A stretch of DNA of 64,000 nucleotides from Octopus sinensis (GCF_006345805.1 NC_043003.1:98394001-98458000); one strand, 5' to 3'. Counted from the stretch's first letter, positions 12,600-26,010 are shown. Translations and numbers: made by a program. Notes: generated by a model from the letters alone, not told the origin.

Positions 12600-12602
<3 letters not shown>

Positions 12603-13187
12603 AGAGATAATGGTGTCATTGAGACCCAAAGGTGCCAAGTAATGCTGAATAAGTGCTATAGACAGAGCATAGTTAAGTTCTAGATTCGGTAATATTGCGA
12701 ATAAAGGGTTCAACGTTGGTTCTATGTCAGCGTGTGTATATAGAGTTTTTAAGCAATGTAAGATTCTCTTAAACTTGGTCATTCCCAGTAGGGAATTTAT
12801 ATAGAGTGTAGCAGAGTCAAGGTTGTAAATACAAACCTTGACTCTGCTACACTCTATGGATGGACTCATATTAAACTCTGTTGGACTTTTGGATTTTACT
12901 CAAAGGATATTGGAATATTACATATATACCATTAGGCCTATAAAATGGATTTACAAATTCAATACCCATACATATCTTACATCTATTTCCTTTCCTCCAC
13001 CTCACTCTCTATTCGTATTATATCGAAACTAACTATGACTTAATTTTTCCTCTCACACCGTCTCCGATGAAGGGATATTAGAGATATTATTAATTAATAT
13101 CCTAGAAAAGCTGTAAGACCTATCTATAAATGTTCTAATATCTATACAGCCGTTTGGTTTTTTTTATTCTTTTACGTAAAAAGTTCT

Positions 13188-13190
<3 letters not shown>
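12600..13190. mobile_element. PLE 3'-end fold-back fragment in (TA)n
   Basis: Perfect 24-bp inverted repeat 12801-12824/12834-12857 marks an inversion point; HHR in the plus arm. Confidence 0.6.
13060..13119 (+). ncRNA. Hammerhead ribozyme with A/A-flanked 9-bp helix II
   Basis: GTCT-CCGATGA-A-GGGATATTA-(14 nt)-TAATATCCT-A-GAAA-AGCT-GTA-AGAC; U4C, and C15.2 apparently lost from an ACAGCTGT palindrome. Confidence 0.7.
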
Positions 13191-13223
<33 letters not shown>

Positions 13224-13948
13224 ATATATATTTAACCATATTAATTATATTCTTCATAACAGTGATCCATCATTCCTAAACTATTACCTAGCTAAAATAA
13301 AGAATTAATTCTCTGCGATGTTCTTCATGAGAATCAGAGTTCCTAGTGTTTCTTCATTGAGTACTTATAACATTCTTCCGGTCCCAATTCGTGAACATCC
13401 AATGCTTCTGCCAAAGAGGGTCCGTGATTAAAGCAGGGCTTTTGAAAAAAAATTCACCCTAGGTCCCTTGAGATTTGTTAATGCACATTGTGGTACTTAG
13501 GTGTACTGGAATTTGGAGTGTTGTGAAATGAAATGCTGGATCGTAATATGGTGATGAGAAACCTTTTTGCAGATATTTTAACGAATACCGTTCCTTCGCT
13601 GCGAGATTTATAGGAAAGAATCTCCTTGAGAATATTACCGCCCCTCACTCATAACGGTTTAGTTCTCTTCAGGCTGAAAAGAACTATCGAGAAAATAGGC
13701 TTATTTTTGTGAAACATGTATTTTAACCATAATGCACTGTGGAATACGTTTGAAATCTTTTAGCAAGCAGTCTCCAAAAAGTTGATATCCACAAATATAT
13801 TCACGCAGTAGAAAGAAACACATTATGAAATCCTTTGTTTCGAATATTATTTTTAACTACGTAGAGAAAAGAAAACACACTGAAGAAATTTAATCCACAT
13901 TTTAATTCTGGTGATAAAAATCATATATGCAAACACACACGCACACGT

Positions 13949-14038
<90 letters not shown>

Positions 14039-14250
14039 TCTGAAAGCGATAATTAATTGTAAACATAACTATTATACACGTGCATGTGCACATTATATCG
14101 TATATATATTGCGCTCTCCTTATAACATTAAGAGATTGATTTTAACTCTTATTTCTTGCAATATAGGTGCTTCGACATCCTCGGTTACAATAGTGACGAT
14201 TAAAACTTTTCCTTTATGGATTATATTGCGCCTGGTTGTTTATATTAATT

Positions 14251-14303
<53 letters not shown>

Positions 14304-14449
14304 ATATATATATATATTATATATATATAATAATATATATATACACATTATATATACAGTATATATATACATATATATTAACATATATATTATATACATA
14401 TATATATACATATATATATATATATAGATTATATATATATATATTATAA

Positions 14450-14487
<38 letters not shown>

Positions 14488-14489
14488 TA

Positions 14490-14541
<52 letters not shown>

Positions 14542-16169
14542 ATATATACCACATATATATATATACATATACGTATATATATATATACATATATACATAC
14601 ATTATATAACATATATATATATGTGTGTGTGTGTGTATGTACATATACATGTATGTGTACATGTTCTGCAGCAGAAGAGAAATTGCCTAAAGAAATGTTT
14701 GGAACTTTCTCCTGCGTGAAAATGGAACAGTAAAATAAAACATGTTTAATACATCCAGGCTTACTTGCCTACTTCAGTACACTAGTTTGTGTAGACGTTG
14801 AGAGGATTTCAAAATGAGCTTGTTTAACTTTAATCTTAATAATTCGTTTTTCCGGTTGCTTTAAAATCCACACTTTGCTTCCTGGGGCAATTAATGAACG
14901 GTAAATGTGTTTTTATATGCGCAGGTTTATTGAAGGCGTATTTATTACAGAACGTATGTGAATGTGTTTGCATGTATATGAGTAATACAGCGGTAGAACG
15001 CTCAGTCGTAGACCTGTTCGATAATCTAAGGGCAAGGGATTTAAGTTGAAGATGCAATGGTAGCATTCCAGCACACTTTTACGAAAATTTTAGATTTACA
15101 TTCAAACACTTAGGCAATGTATAAATCTTAATGGATTTTAAATAAACACTTCAGTATAAGACGGTAAATAATAACACTTACTGGATTTTGGGCATCTATT
15201 CAGGGGCATTGAGCCATCTCAGAACGGGAAAGCAGACAAATATTCACAATATTTATGTTACACACACACACACAGAGCTAACAGTTTTCTCAGTCACTTA
15301 ATCAGAGAAGGAAAGAAATACATATGACAGTTTTGAAGATTATTTTCAGATTAGAGATCTAAGCTTGATAATACAATAAAATGTATTTCTACGCGGGGGT
15401 CATGCGTTGCTATTAAACTAAGCGACGGCTTAAGCTGTTCACTTAATAACCGTTGCAACTGGCATCTGTGCATCATGCTAAATTTATATACACCGTTGAA
15501 AGGTATGATGCATTGGTTTTTGCCTGAAGAAAAACCTCAATGTAGACATGCTTTGTTAAATACACAAAATATATCGGAGAGAAGCGAACGTCTTGGCAGC
15601 ATGTCAATACTGTAAACCCGTTTGTTACTTGTCACTTAAATTTCCACCCAGCCAATTTCACTCACAAGAGTAGTTTACCATGTCAATATTAAAGAGAATA
15701 TTGCTCCGTAGCTGCAAACTAAACTTTATAAAGCAGATAGGGATGTTATGTTCGACTCCGCGAGAAGATTTGTCTATTTCTTAGAACCGTTATTAACCAC
15801 TGCTGGCTCTTTGCTTTCTGATGGACTCGTCTACATAGATATAGATACGTACTTCGGTGTAGGAATATATTAGCTTACTAAACAGCTGTGGTAGCATTTG
15901 TCAATTTGACATGTGTTTTGTTATGCTGCAGTACTTTGAGCTTACCTCAACGGCTCATTTTTAAAGATAAAGGGTGTTCATTAAGCTGAACTCTCCCTAA
16001 ATACTTTCGCTCCGTCTCTCTGTCTATCTCTCTCTAATGACGTGTGTTGGGGCTTTCCAATGTTCTAAAGGGTTATGTGACAAATTCCTAGGAGATAGCC
16101 GTCACAAACCTGGAAGCACTTTCCTTAACCCTCAACTACAATAAATATTCTTTTACTCTCTTACTCTTT

Positions 16170-16790
16170 TGCTTGTTTCAATCATTAGGCTGCGGCCATG
16201 CTGGAGCACCGCCTTGAAGAATTTTACTTGCACTAATCGACTCCAGCACTAAATTTTGCTTTTAACACATGGTGCTTATTCTATCAATCTCTTTTGCCAA
16301 ATCGCTAAGTTATGGTTACGTAAACACACTGACACTGGTTGTCAAGCGGTAGGGGGGGACAAATACAGACACAAAGAGTCACTCACACACACATGACGGG
16401 CCCCTTTCGGTTTTTCCGTCCGCCAAATCAACTCACAAGGCCTTGGTCTGCCCGTGGCTATAGTAGAAGACACTCGTTTTAGGTGCCCCGCAGTGGGACT
16501 GAACCGGAATCATGTGGTTGGGAAGCAAGCTTCTTATTTATTTATTGCCCACAAGGAGCTCAACATAGAGAGGACAAACAAGGACAGACAAAGGGATTAA
16601 GTCGATTACATCGACCCCAGTGCGTAACTGGTACTTAATTTATCGACCCCGAAAGGATGAAAGGCAAAGTCAACCTCGGCGGAATTTGAACTCAGAACGT
16701 AACGGTAGACGAAATACCGCTAAGCATTTCGCCCGGCGTGCTAACGTTTCTGCCAGCTTGCCGCTTTATTGCCACACAGCCATGCCCATG
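16170..16790 (-). mobile_element. SINE family B interrupted by a nested family A copy
   Basis: Family B head is split at about 16533 and resumes at about 16766 (GCCACACAGCCATGCC). Confidence 0.75.
16535..16765 (-). mobile_element. SINE family A (tail 1), nested
   Basis: Full head, core and tail CCTTGTGGGCAATAAA. Confidence 0.85.
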
Positions 16791-17564
16791 TGCAGACATT
16801 CAAAATTAAATCTCACGCCAGTGTGGCCTGCTTGCAGAAAATTACGTCCAGATTAAAAGACATTTCGTGCCGCAAAATCAGTGATGCACCTGTATATCTA
16901 CAGTTAATTACATCAATAAGTAGATATATAAATAAATATATAAACAAACCTGTGTTAACAATAATATAACTCCGGTGTTATTTCTACTGCTGATTAAATC
17001 GACGTTTAGTGTGGTTAATTACTGTAACTAATTTTATCACTCTCCAAGGAATATGCTGCAAAATTGAATTCTCTAGGGATTTTTCTCAAGAGTTAAAGGA
17101 GCGAAATGAAATACTATAAGGTTCTTTACTGTTGTAGGAATGTTTGTAACAAACCGGCGTACTAATGAAAATATAAATTTATAGTAAAAGACGGGAATAT
17201 GGCCCACTCGCTCTCATTCTCTCTCATTTTGTTTCTCTTTCTCTTAAGAGCTGAGCTGAAACTAGAGAAAACAAAAATCAGCCGGAGATTTCCTTTCATT
17301 TTATGGAAGTAACAAATGTTCATCGTTAATTTATCCGCAAAACATAAAATTAAATTCTAATTTGCTAAATATAACTTGCGAAATTAATCGTAAGCTTGAA
17401 CGTGCGCGCATGCACTCGTGTGTATATACATATAAGTGTGTGTGTGTTTATTTATTTTAAAAATGGTTTTTAGAAAGAACGATGTTTGCTAAAGGTTATC
17501 TGAATATAAATTTATTATTTATATAAACATCTTTAACAAAATCAGATCAACGTAGGTCTTATTG

Positions 17565-17605
<41 letters not shown>

Positions 17606-17619
17606 TCTTTAGAGGTAAC

Positions 17620-18770
17620 TTTTTCTCTATATACACACGACACGCCGAAGTACTCGAGACATTTGAGCTATAGAAAAAATAAGAATAAGCATATAATATA
17701 TATTTCCTTATAAAAATTATGTGCACAAAATCATGCAATAAAAATATATAGATATATAAATACATTAAAGTATATAATATACCAATTCAAATACACAAAG
17801 AATATATTAAGATTGTACAATAAAAACGATAGAATGGGTAGAGTATAAAATCAGTGTAGCATGTTATAAATCCATATGGAAGGTTATAAGTCCTTAAGGT
17901 CCGACGGCCGTTTCTGGGAGCATAGTGGTTCAAAGATATAGATTTTAAGGTTCATTAATTCATACCACCGCCTCGTTCTTCATGGGAATTTGTAACTTTA
18001 TGTGGAATTCAAAGTTGACAGATTTTATAAAGAGCTACATTTATTAAGAGTGGGTGTAGGTATACATTTATTATTAAGGGTGGTTGTAGATGGGTGTAGA
18101 AGACGAAGCTATTAATAATATTAGAGGTGGAGGATTAGAGGAGAAGCTATAATCCAAGCTATTACAATTAAAAATTAATGGAATAATAATTTATTGTGAA
18201 GTTATGAAGAGTTAGGCAAATGTCTAACGATCGAATAATACCTATGTCTACAAAAGAAGATAACATCTGAAAACCTATTTAACATTGAACAATTATACAT
18301 ACGCAGGATAGTTAATGGTTCTTTAATACAGGGTTTACATTTACGTGTATATGAATTGTAAGGGGGGAACTTCTGTTACTATTGACCAGGATAGTTTGAA
18401 CTGTATATTTTGTGCTTTGACTAGTGAAGTAGGAAATTTCGCTATGGGATTAATAAATTAATTAATATGTGCACGATATCTACGCTTAAAATCTACTGGT
18501 TGCAGGGTGTCATCATATATCACATTTATATATAACATTTTTGCGTAAGTAAAAACCTTCAAGATGGCATAAATTGGATGCGCGACAGTTACACGATATT
18601 CGTTTTTTTTTTATGGAGTACCGTCCTCGTGAGGCTAATTTAGATTGACATGTCGTTGGTAAGGGTGGGTCTAAGTCGGAGTTTATTACAGAATTGGAAG
18701 GAATAGTTATGTTGGAACTGGAACCCATTATTTGGTAACCAGGGTCGCGAGTTATTGTCATCCGAACAAA
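17620..18770 (-). mobile_element. 5'-truncated PLE (GIY-YIG remnant plus pLTR)
   Basis: CNCRASNLCHLEGFYLRKNVIYKCDI, DFKRRYRAHIN, LNRFSDVIFFCRH across frameshifts; decayed HHR with long helix II at about 17900-17988 (GAAAC-GGCC-GTC-GGA). Confidence 0.75.
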
Positions 18771-19123
18771 CGGAAAATCCTTTAACTGTGTATGTCACGC
18801 CTTTCTGCCTTTACAATGTTCACATAGTAATGAGCATCAGTCATGATGTCGGTGGTTTTGATACGCAGCACTAATCATCACGATACAAGTGACTCCTTTC
18901 CAATATTTTGATGGCTTGCAGTCTTCCATGTCATCTAACTTTTTTTCAATTTTAACCACAGCTTCAATCTTTCTGCTCTCCCAGACCGTTGACTGTTCAC
19001 CAATACATTAAGCTGTTAATGGAAAAAACATAAAAATCGTCAAATTTAGACCTAAAACTCGAGTGAAGTAGAGAGACGGAGGGAGAGGAAGAGTGAGAAA
19101 AAGAGAGAGCAGGAGAAAGAACG

Positions 19124-19158
<35 letters not shown>

Positions 19159-19544
19159 TACCTAGAGATAGATAGATAGATAGATAGATAGAGAGAAGAG
19201 AGAAAGTGAAAGAGAGAGAAGGAGAATCAGAGGGAGAGAGAGAGAGAGAGAGAGAGAGTGTGAAAAAGAGTTGTGGAACCTGAAAATTTCAGAAATCAGT
19301 AACTGCGTTTTTCGATTTTTGAACAGAGATTTTGAAGATATTTCAATGCGATGATAAGCAAAAATCAAAGCGAACATTAATTGAATGTAAATTGTATTCA
19401 ACACTGGAAAGCTATGAATCTCAGTGATTCAGACTGTATAGATATCTTACGAAATATATTCAACTGACAAAAATATTATAAAAATGGTCCACGATGAGGA
19501 GATTTATTACTTGACAAATTTATTCGTCAGTTGTAATTAACAAT

Positions 19545-19738
19545 CTACAGGAACAAGGCCGGAAATTTTGAAGGAGGCGCTAAGACAATTTCATCGATTC
19601 CAGTACGTAACTAGCAGTTATTTCCTCGATCCCAAAAGGATAAAAAGCAAAGTCAACATTGCCGAAATTTGAACTCAAAACGTAGCGAACTAAGAATTTC
19701 GACCAAATTGCCAACGGTTCTCCCACCTAGCCGCCTTG
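19545..19738 (-). mobile_element. Degenerate SINE family A
   Basis: Head and core motifs recognisable. Confidence 0.65.
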
Positions 19739-20050
19739 CAATTTGAATAATTAATAGCTTATAGTTTACATTGTATGGTGCACAAACTTCTTGATATATC
19801 CGGATATTTTATGCTACTATGAATCATGTTTTCATGGTTAAAAATATCGCTTTACAACTATAAAGTTTCGAGTTCGGCCTCATTGTGCGGCATCATAGGA
19901 CAAAGTCTTTTACTGTAGACCCGAGCCAAGAAATATCTTTTAAGTGAATTTAGTTGACGAAAACTTGAAGTTTTTCATATATATATATATATAGGAAAGG
20001 GATAAATTCATGAAAGGAATGAAAATTAAAAACATTTACCATCTCAACTA

Positions 20051-20126
20051 TGTCCCAGACCGACGGTTTCTAACTATTTCCAGCAAAAAAATATATTTGC
20101 CGAAGGCAAGTTTCTTCAGTCGGACA
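20051..20126 (-). ncRNA. Type I hammerhead ribozyme, intact core, extended helix II
   Basis: TGTCCGA-CTGAAGA-AACT-(insert with TTGCC-TTCG-GCAA hairpin)-AGTT-A-GAAAC-CGTCG-GTC-TGGGACA. Confidence 0.8.
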
Positions 20127-20970
20127 GCCTTAATAATCCTGATGTACAGACTGTTAGATCCACATGTAGATCGAACGGTTGGTAAATCCTAAATTTTTGA
20201 ACCTCTGTGCAAACGCAAATCATACCCGGCGACAGAGAGGATGCCGGTAAAAAATTTACGAACAAATTTGTAAAACAATATTTAAACATAATAAAATAGG
20301 GTAATAATAAATTATTACCAGTGGCCTAGCACAAGAAAATTACCCTATTTTATTATGTTTTTATTATTATTATTATTACCCTATTTTATGTTTAAATATG
20401 GCAATATCCTGCAACCCTGGTTATCAAATAATGGGTTCCAGTTCCAACATAACTATTCCTTCCAATTCTGTAATAAACTCCGACTTAGACCCACCCTTAG
20501 CAACGACATGTCAATCTAAATTAGCCTCACGAGGACGGTACTCCATAAAAAAACGAATATCCTGTAACTGTCGCGCATCCAATTTATGCCCTCTTGAAGG
20601 TTTTTACTTACGCAAAAATGTTATATATAAATGTGATATATGATGACACCCTGCAACCAGTAGATTTTAAGCGTAGATATCGTGCACATATTAATTAATT
20701 TATTAATCCCATAGGGAAATTTCCTACTTCACTAGTTACACATATCCATAATCTCAAAGCACAAAATATACAGTTCAAACTATCCTGGTTAATAGTAACA
20801 GAAGTTTCTCCCTTACAATTCATATACACGTAAATGTAAACCCTGTATTAAAGAACCATTAACTATCCTCTCTGTCGCCGGGTATGATTTGCGTCTGCGC
20901 AGTGGTTTGAAAAGTTAGGATTTAAAAACCGTTCGATCTACATGTGGATTTAACAGTCTGTACATCAGGC

Positions 20971-21048
20971 TGTCCGACTGAAGAAACTTGCCTTCGGCAA
21001 ATATATTTTTTTTTGCTGGAAATAGTTAGATACCGTCGGTCTGGGATA
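20971..21048 (+). ncRNA. Hammerhead copy with GATAC (A14U) lesion
   Basis: Same fold as 20051-20126 but GAAAC changed to GATAC. Confidence 0.7.
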
Positions 21049-21237
21049 TAGTTGAGATGGTAAATGTTTTTAATTTTCATTCCTTTCATGAATTTATCCC
21101 TTTTTGTGTTCTAGCACAACGCTTTCCTATTTGGAAGCCTCTTATTGTATTCTATATGAATAATATACAGTCTAATGACTAATTCGTTTTTTGTGCTAGG
21201 TAACTGGTAATAATAATTTATTATTACCCTATTTTAT

Positions 21238-21273
<36 letters not shown>

Positions 21274-21381
21274 ATATATATATAATATATATATATATAT
21301 ATTATATATATATATATATATATAGGAAAGGGATAAATTCATGAAAGGAATGAAAATTAAAAACATTTACCATCTCAACTA

Positions 21382-21457
21382 TGTCCCAGACCGACGGTTT
21401 CTAACTATTTCCAGCAAAAAAATATATTTGCCGAAGGCAAGTTTCTTCAGTCGGACA
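21382..21457 (-). ncRNA. Type I hammerhead ribozyme, intact core
   Basis: Identical motif to 20051-20126. Confidence 0.8.
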
Positions 21458-22313
21458 GCCTTAATAATCCTGATGTACAGACTGTTAGATCCACATGTAG
21501 ATCGAACGGTTGGTAAATCCTAAATTTTTGAACCTCTGTGCAAACGCAAATCATACCCGGCGACAGAGAGGATGCCGGTAAAAAATTTACGAACAAATTT
21601 GTAAAACAATATTTAAACATAATAAAATAGGGTAAAATAAATTATTACCAGTGGCCTAGCACAAGAAAATTACCCTATTTTATTATGTTTTTATTATTAT
21701 TATTATTATTACCCTATTTTATGTTTAAATATGGCAATATCCTGCAACCCTGGTTATCAAATAATGGGTTCCAGTTCCAACATAACTATTCCTTCCAATT
21801 CTGTAATAAACTCCGACTTAGACCCACCCTTAGCAACGACATGTCAATCTAAATTAGCCTCACGAGGACGGTACTCCATAAAAAAACGAATATCCTGTAA
21901 CTGTCGCGCATCCAATTTATGCCCTCTTGAAGGTTTTTACTTACGCAAAAATGTTATATATAAATGTGATATATGATGACACCCTGCAACCAGTAGATTT
22001 TAAGCGTAGATATCGTGCACATATTAATTAATTTATTAATCCCATAGGGAAATTTCCTACTTCACTAGTTACACATATCCATAATCTCAAAGCACAAAAT
22101 ATACAGTTCAAACTATCCTGGTTAATAGTAACAGAAGTTTCTCCCTTACAATTCATATACACGTAAATGTAAACCCTGTATTAAAGAACCATTAACTATC
22201 CTCTCTGTCGCCGGGTATGATTTGCGTCTGCGCAGTGGTTTGAAAAGTTAGGATTTAAAAACCGTTCGATCTACATGTGGATTTAACAGTCTGTACATCA
22301 GGATTATTAAGGC

Positions 22314-22391
22314 TGTCCGACTGAAGAAACTTGCCTTCGGCAAATATATTTTTTTTTGCTGGAAATAGTTAGATACCGTCGGTCTGGGATA
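22314..22391 (+). ncRNA. Hammerhead copy with GATAC lesion
   Basis: Same motif as 20971-21048. Confidence 0.7.
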
Positions 22392-22587
22392 TAGTTGAGA
22401 TGGTAAATGTTTTTAATTTTCATTCCTTTCATGAATTTATCCCTTTTTGTGTTCTAGCACAACGCTTTCCTATTTGGAAGCCTCTTATTGTATTTCTATA
22501 TGAATAATATACAGTCTAATGACTAATTCGTTTTTTGTGCTAGGTAACTGGTAATAATAATTTATTATTACCCTATTTTATTATATA

Positions 22588-22620
<33 letters not shown>

Positions 22621-22625
<5 letters not shown>

Positions 22626-22856
22626 AATATTGAATTTCTAAATCTCTCGTAGAGACATGTACGGTGGTGGGGCGATAGAATGATTGTATACTGTCAATCT
22701 AACAAGAACGTGACAGTAGGGGGAACACCACCGCTGCATAGCCCTAGGAAGCATCGAACGCCTCCAAGCCATCAGGAGGCGTTCGATGCTTCCTAGGGCT
22801 ATACAGCGGTGGTGTACCCCTACTGTCACGTTCTTGTTAGATTGACAGTATACAAC

Positions 22857-22864
<8 letters not shown>
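22621..22864. mobile_element. Fold-back element with about 90-bp near-perfect arms
   Basis: Arms 22675-22765 and 22775-22864, 9-nt loop; shares TAGCCCTAGGAA, ACTGTCAC and terminal GAGATTTAGAAAT with 10451-10845. Confidence 0.8.
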
Positions 22865-22905
<41 letters not shown>

Positions 22906-23108
22906 ATATATGTATATATATATGTATATATATATATATATAATATATATATATATATGTATATATATATGTATATATATATATATATGTATAAATATAT
23001 ATATATATATCTCAAAAATTAATCATCACTAAATGTGGCCAAGGTTGTTGAAGCACCTACATTGCTAGAAATAAAAGTTAGAAACTCTTAATGTTGTAAG
23101 GAGAGCGC

Positions 23109-23145
<37 letters not shown>

Positions 23146-23169
23146 CACTCTCTCTCTCTCCCTCTCTCT

Positions 23170-23580
23170 ATTATTTGTTTCAGTCATTTGACTACGGCCA
23201 TGCTGGAGCACCACCTTTAGTCGAGCAGATCGACCGCAGGACTTATTCTTTGTGCGCCTTGTACTTATTCCATCGTTTCTTTAGCCGAACCGCTAAGTTA
23301 CAGGGACGTAAACGCACCACCATTGGTTGTCAAGCAATGCTGGAGTACAAACACAGACACACAAACACACACACACATACGCACACACACACACACACAT
23401 ATATACACACACACATACACACATACGTATATATTACGACGTGCTTCTTTCAGTCTTCGTCTGCCAAATCCACTCACAAAGCTTGGCTAGGCCCAAGGTG
23501 TCACGCAGTGGGGACTGAATCCACAACGATGTGGTTGGTAAGCAAGCTACTTACTACACAGCCACTCCTGCACCTATATA
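23170..23580 (-). mobile_element. SINE family B
   Basis: Head, CORE-like block, internal (TG/TA)n and tail all present. Confidence 0.8.
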
Positions 23581-24072
23581 TATATATATGCATGCATACG
23601 TTGCATCAATGATAATGATTTGAACGTGTACAGGACGCAACAGTACTCAATATCAGTTACGTGTATTTAATATAATGCAGTCAGCATTTAAGTTCTTACG
23701 CGGTTACAAGCTGTTTCATGCAATTATTATATTATTTCATAATACACTTGTTCATGCTATCTCATTTACATTACGCATGACGACAACTACTACAATTTCG
23801 ACACGATGACGAAGATAATAATAATAGTGATGATGACCAAATCTTCATAAATCCCACTTGAGTTTAGATCTATGATGAAATGTGTATCAGCTCTACGTTT
23901 CTTGACCTTTCTAAGATCTAATGTATCCATGATTATGTTATGCAATGCGTTATTTCTTATTCGGCAGACATAGCAGGCCATGATAATGATGAGGGTGGCG
24001 ACGCTTTTGATGAATAAATTGTTAACAATTATGGCGATGATGATGAGCAAGAGAGCGAGAGAGGGGGAGAGT

Positions 24073-24133
<61 letters not shown>

Positions 24134-24660
24134 GGTCGCCGGAGAAACGAGGAGGAGTTTCAAGTTTCGATTCATTAACTGTGCTAATTGTATTGTTAGT
24201 GATTGGTTGCCTGTGTCTTAGGTTACTAACTACCCGCGTCATATAGTTACGTTAATATTGTATCAGACCGTGTTTAAATGTCGAAAGTTATCAGAGATAG
24301 CGTTACATATGCTGTGTCAGCAATAGTGTAAATTCGTACTGCCTACTTAGTTATGTCAGTGGTTGGTAGGCTGTATCAATTAACTTGATAAACGTGTAAT
24401 TAATATTTCATATCTACGATGAAACATTTAGAGGTTAATCTATACGTCTCCGTTTAGGATATGTGCTTCGTTAAAGCCAACCAGTATGTTTTATCATTTC
24501 CTAAATGAAAGAAATTAAACAGATGGCGAAGAACTTGGTTTCGGCGCAGTTGTAGTTCAGCGGTAATGTAAAATCTGTTAATGAATTTCTTAAATAAGTG
24601 GAAATTTGCGCTGGCAATTAAAACGTGGGACATTAGCCGCATTTATATATATACATACAT

Positions 24661-24700
<40 letters not shown>

Positions 24701-24721
24701 ATATATATATATATATATATC

Positions 24722-24756
<35 letters not shown>

Positions 24757-25289
24757 TACATACATACATACAAACATACACACATATGTGCATTAATTCA
24801 CTCACATCCATACATATACATATATACACGCACACATATATATATAGTCATTCATTCATTCATTTGTTCATATTCAAATACATATACACTCCATAATTAT
24901 ATTGCGGATAAGTAGTGTTTTTCAAACGCAAAATCTGTTTCATTCATCTTCCTCAATTTTTTTTTGATAGTGTTGTATAACTAACAAATGGATAACATGA
25001 TTTTACCATGATGTAATTGCGCCGGTTTCAGATCAGGAACTACAATTAAATTAACTGTTAAATTGAATACTATTTCCTTGCAAACACGCAAGTACATAAA
25101 TACGCACACACAAATAGAAACACCGACACAAACATACGCACAAATAGGCACACACACAAATAGACACACATACAAATGCACACTCACACACATATTATAA
25201 TTATATGTGTGTGCGCATAAGCGTGCATATATACACCCACACATGCTTGTTTATTTATGGACGAACAGGTCATGCCCTCTCCTCTGGAC

Positions 25290-26010
25290 CAAATCTGACA
25301 TAGATATCAGTGAGAGCTCCGGGATTAATGTTTCATTTGAGCACTCACAAGTCGGTCAGCTACAAGAATCACATGTATAAGGAATGAATTCCAAATGTTC
25401 TGCTGAAGAAAATTGAGCATAAGGGTTAGCGCAGAGCCTGCTAAGCATGGATATAATACGGCTAACAGAGAGATGAAGGACGAATAAATCAGGAATGCTT
25501 GAGTGGAGGTGACAAGAGTTGAAACAGTTCCGAGGATCAGAGAACTCTTCAGAAGCGACAAAAACAGTAGAAAGACCACAGAAAAGAGGTAACAAGTCGG
25601 TGTGTATTGGTGAGCGACTTCATAAAAATAAGCCTGTGACTTTTATTGGGATGCCATTTGATTTTTCTATTTGTGCGCTCTATAGCACCAACCCAAAGTA
25701 AGGATCTCCTCTGAAGGCTGTTAGACAGGCGGGAGAGAGCGAAATATTTGCTTTCCTTGAATAGGAAGGCCAGGTTGTGTGATTCTGTCTTTGTGGTATT
25801 GGATTCGCAAAGTTGAAGACGAGCGTTCACCATGTAAGTCTTTGGTTATGGTAAGGCCTAAACTTTGTAGCGACCTTGAGATTTCTCGTTGCGGTAGTTC
25901 ACTTTTACTATGGGATGTACGGTACAGGTTTCTTGAAATTTGTAGTAACTATGTCTTTGTACTCTTGAACGTGAGAAGATTGGTATGATCCCATTAACTA
26001 ATGTTTCCAA
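25290..26010 (-). mobile_element. Decayed CR1/L2-group LINE, RT C-terminal region
   Basis: Frameshifted FFSRT-WNS motif like the typical FF.RT..LWNSLP; similar relic at 61745-62745. Confidence 0.5.

Larger units (their letters stand above)
19994..21240. mobile_element. Composite PLE unit 1: inverted pLTR, EN remnant, pLTR
   Basis: Minus pLTR 19994-20331, plus GIY-YIG remnant 20398-20869, plus pLTR 20870-21240; (TA)n flanks. Confidence 0.8.
21325..22582. mobile_element. Composite PLE unit 2 (tandem duplicate, period about 1331 bp)
   Basis: Near-identical to unit 1; retains 10 bp (GATTATTAAG) absent from the unit 1 plus pLTR. Confidence 0.8.

Noticed and set aside
14640-19030. Host exons in unique-looking stretches (for example 15400-15960, 18790-19030, also 23760-24640)
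   Set aside because: No sustained ORF, recognisable domain or convincing splice pair; cannot be supported without RNA data
22766-22776. CTGATGG in the hairpin loop as an HHR core
   Set aside because: Aligns to mid-tail sequence of the 10451-10845 family, not to its ribozyme
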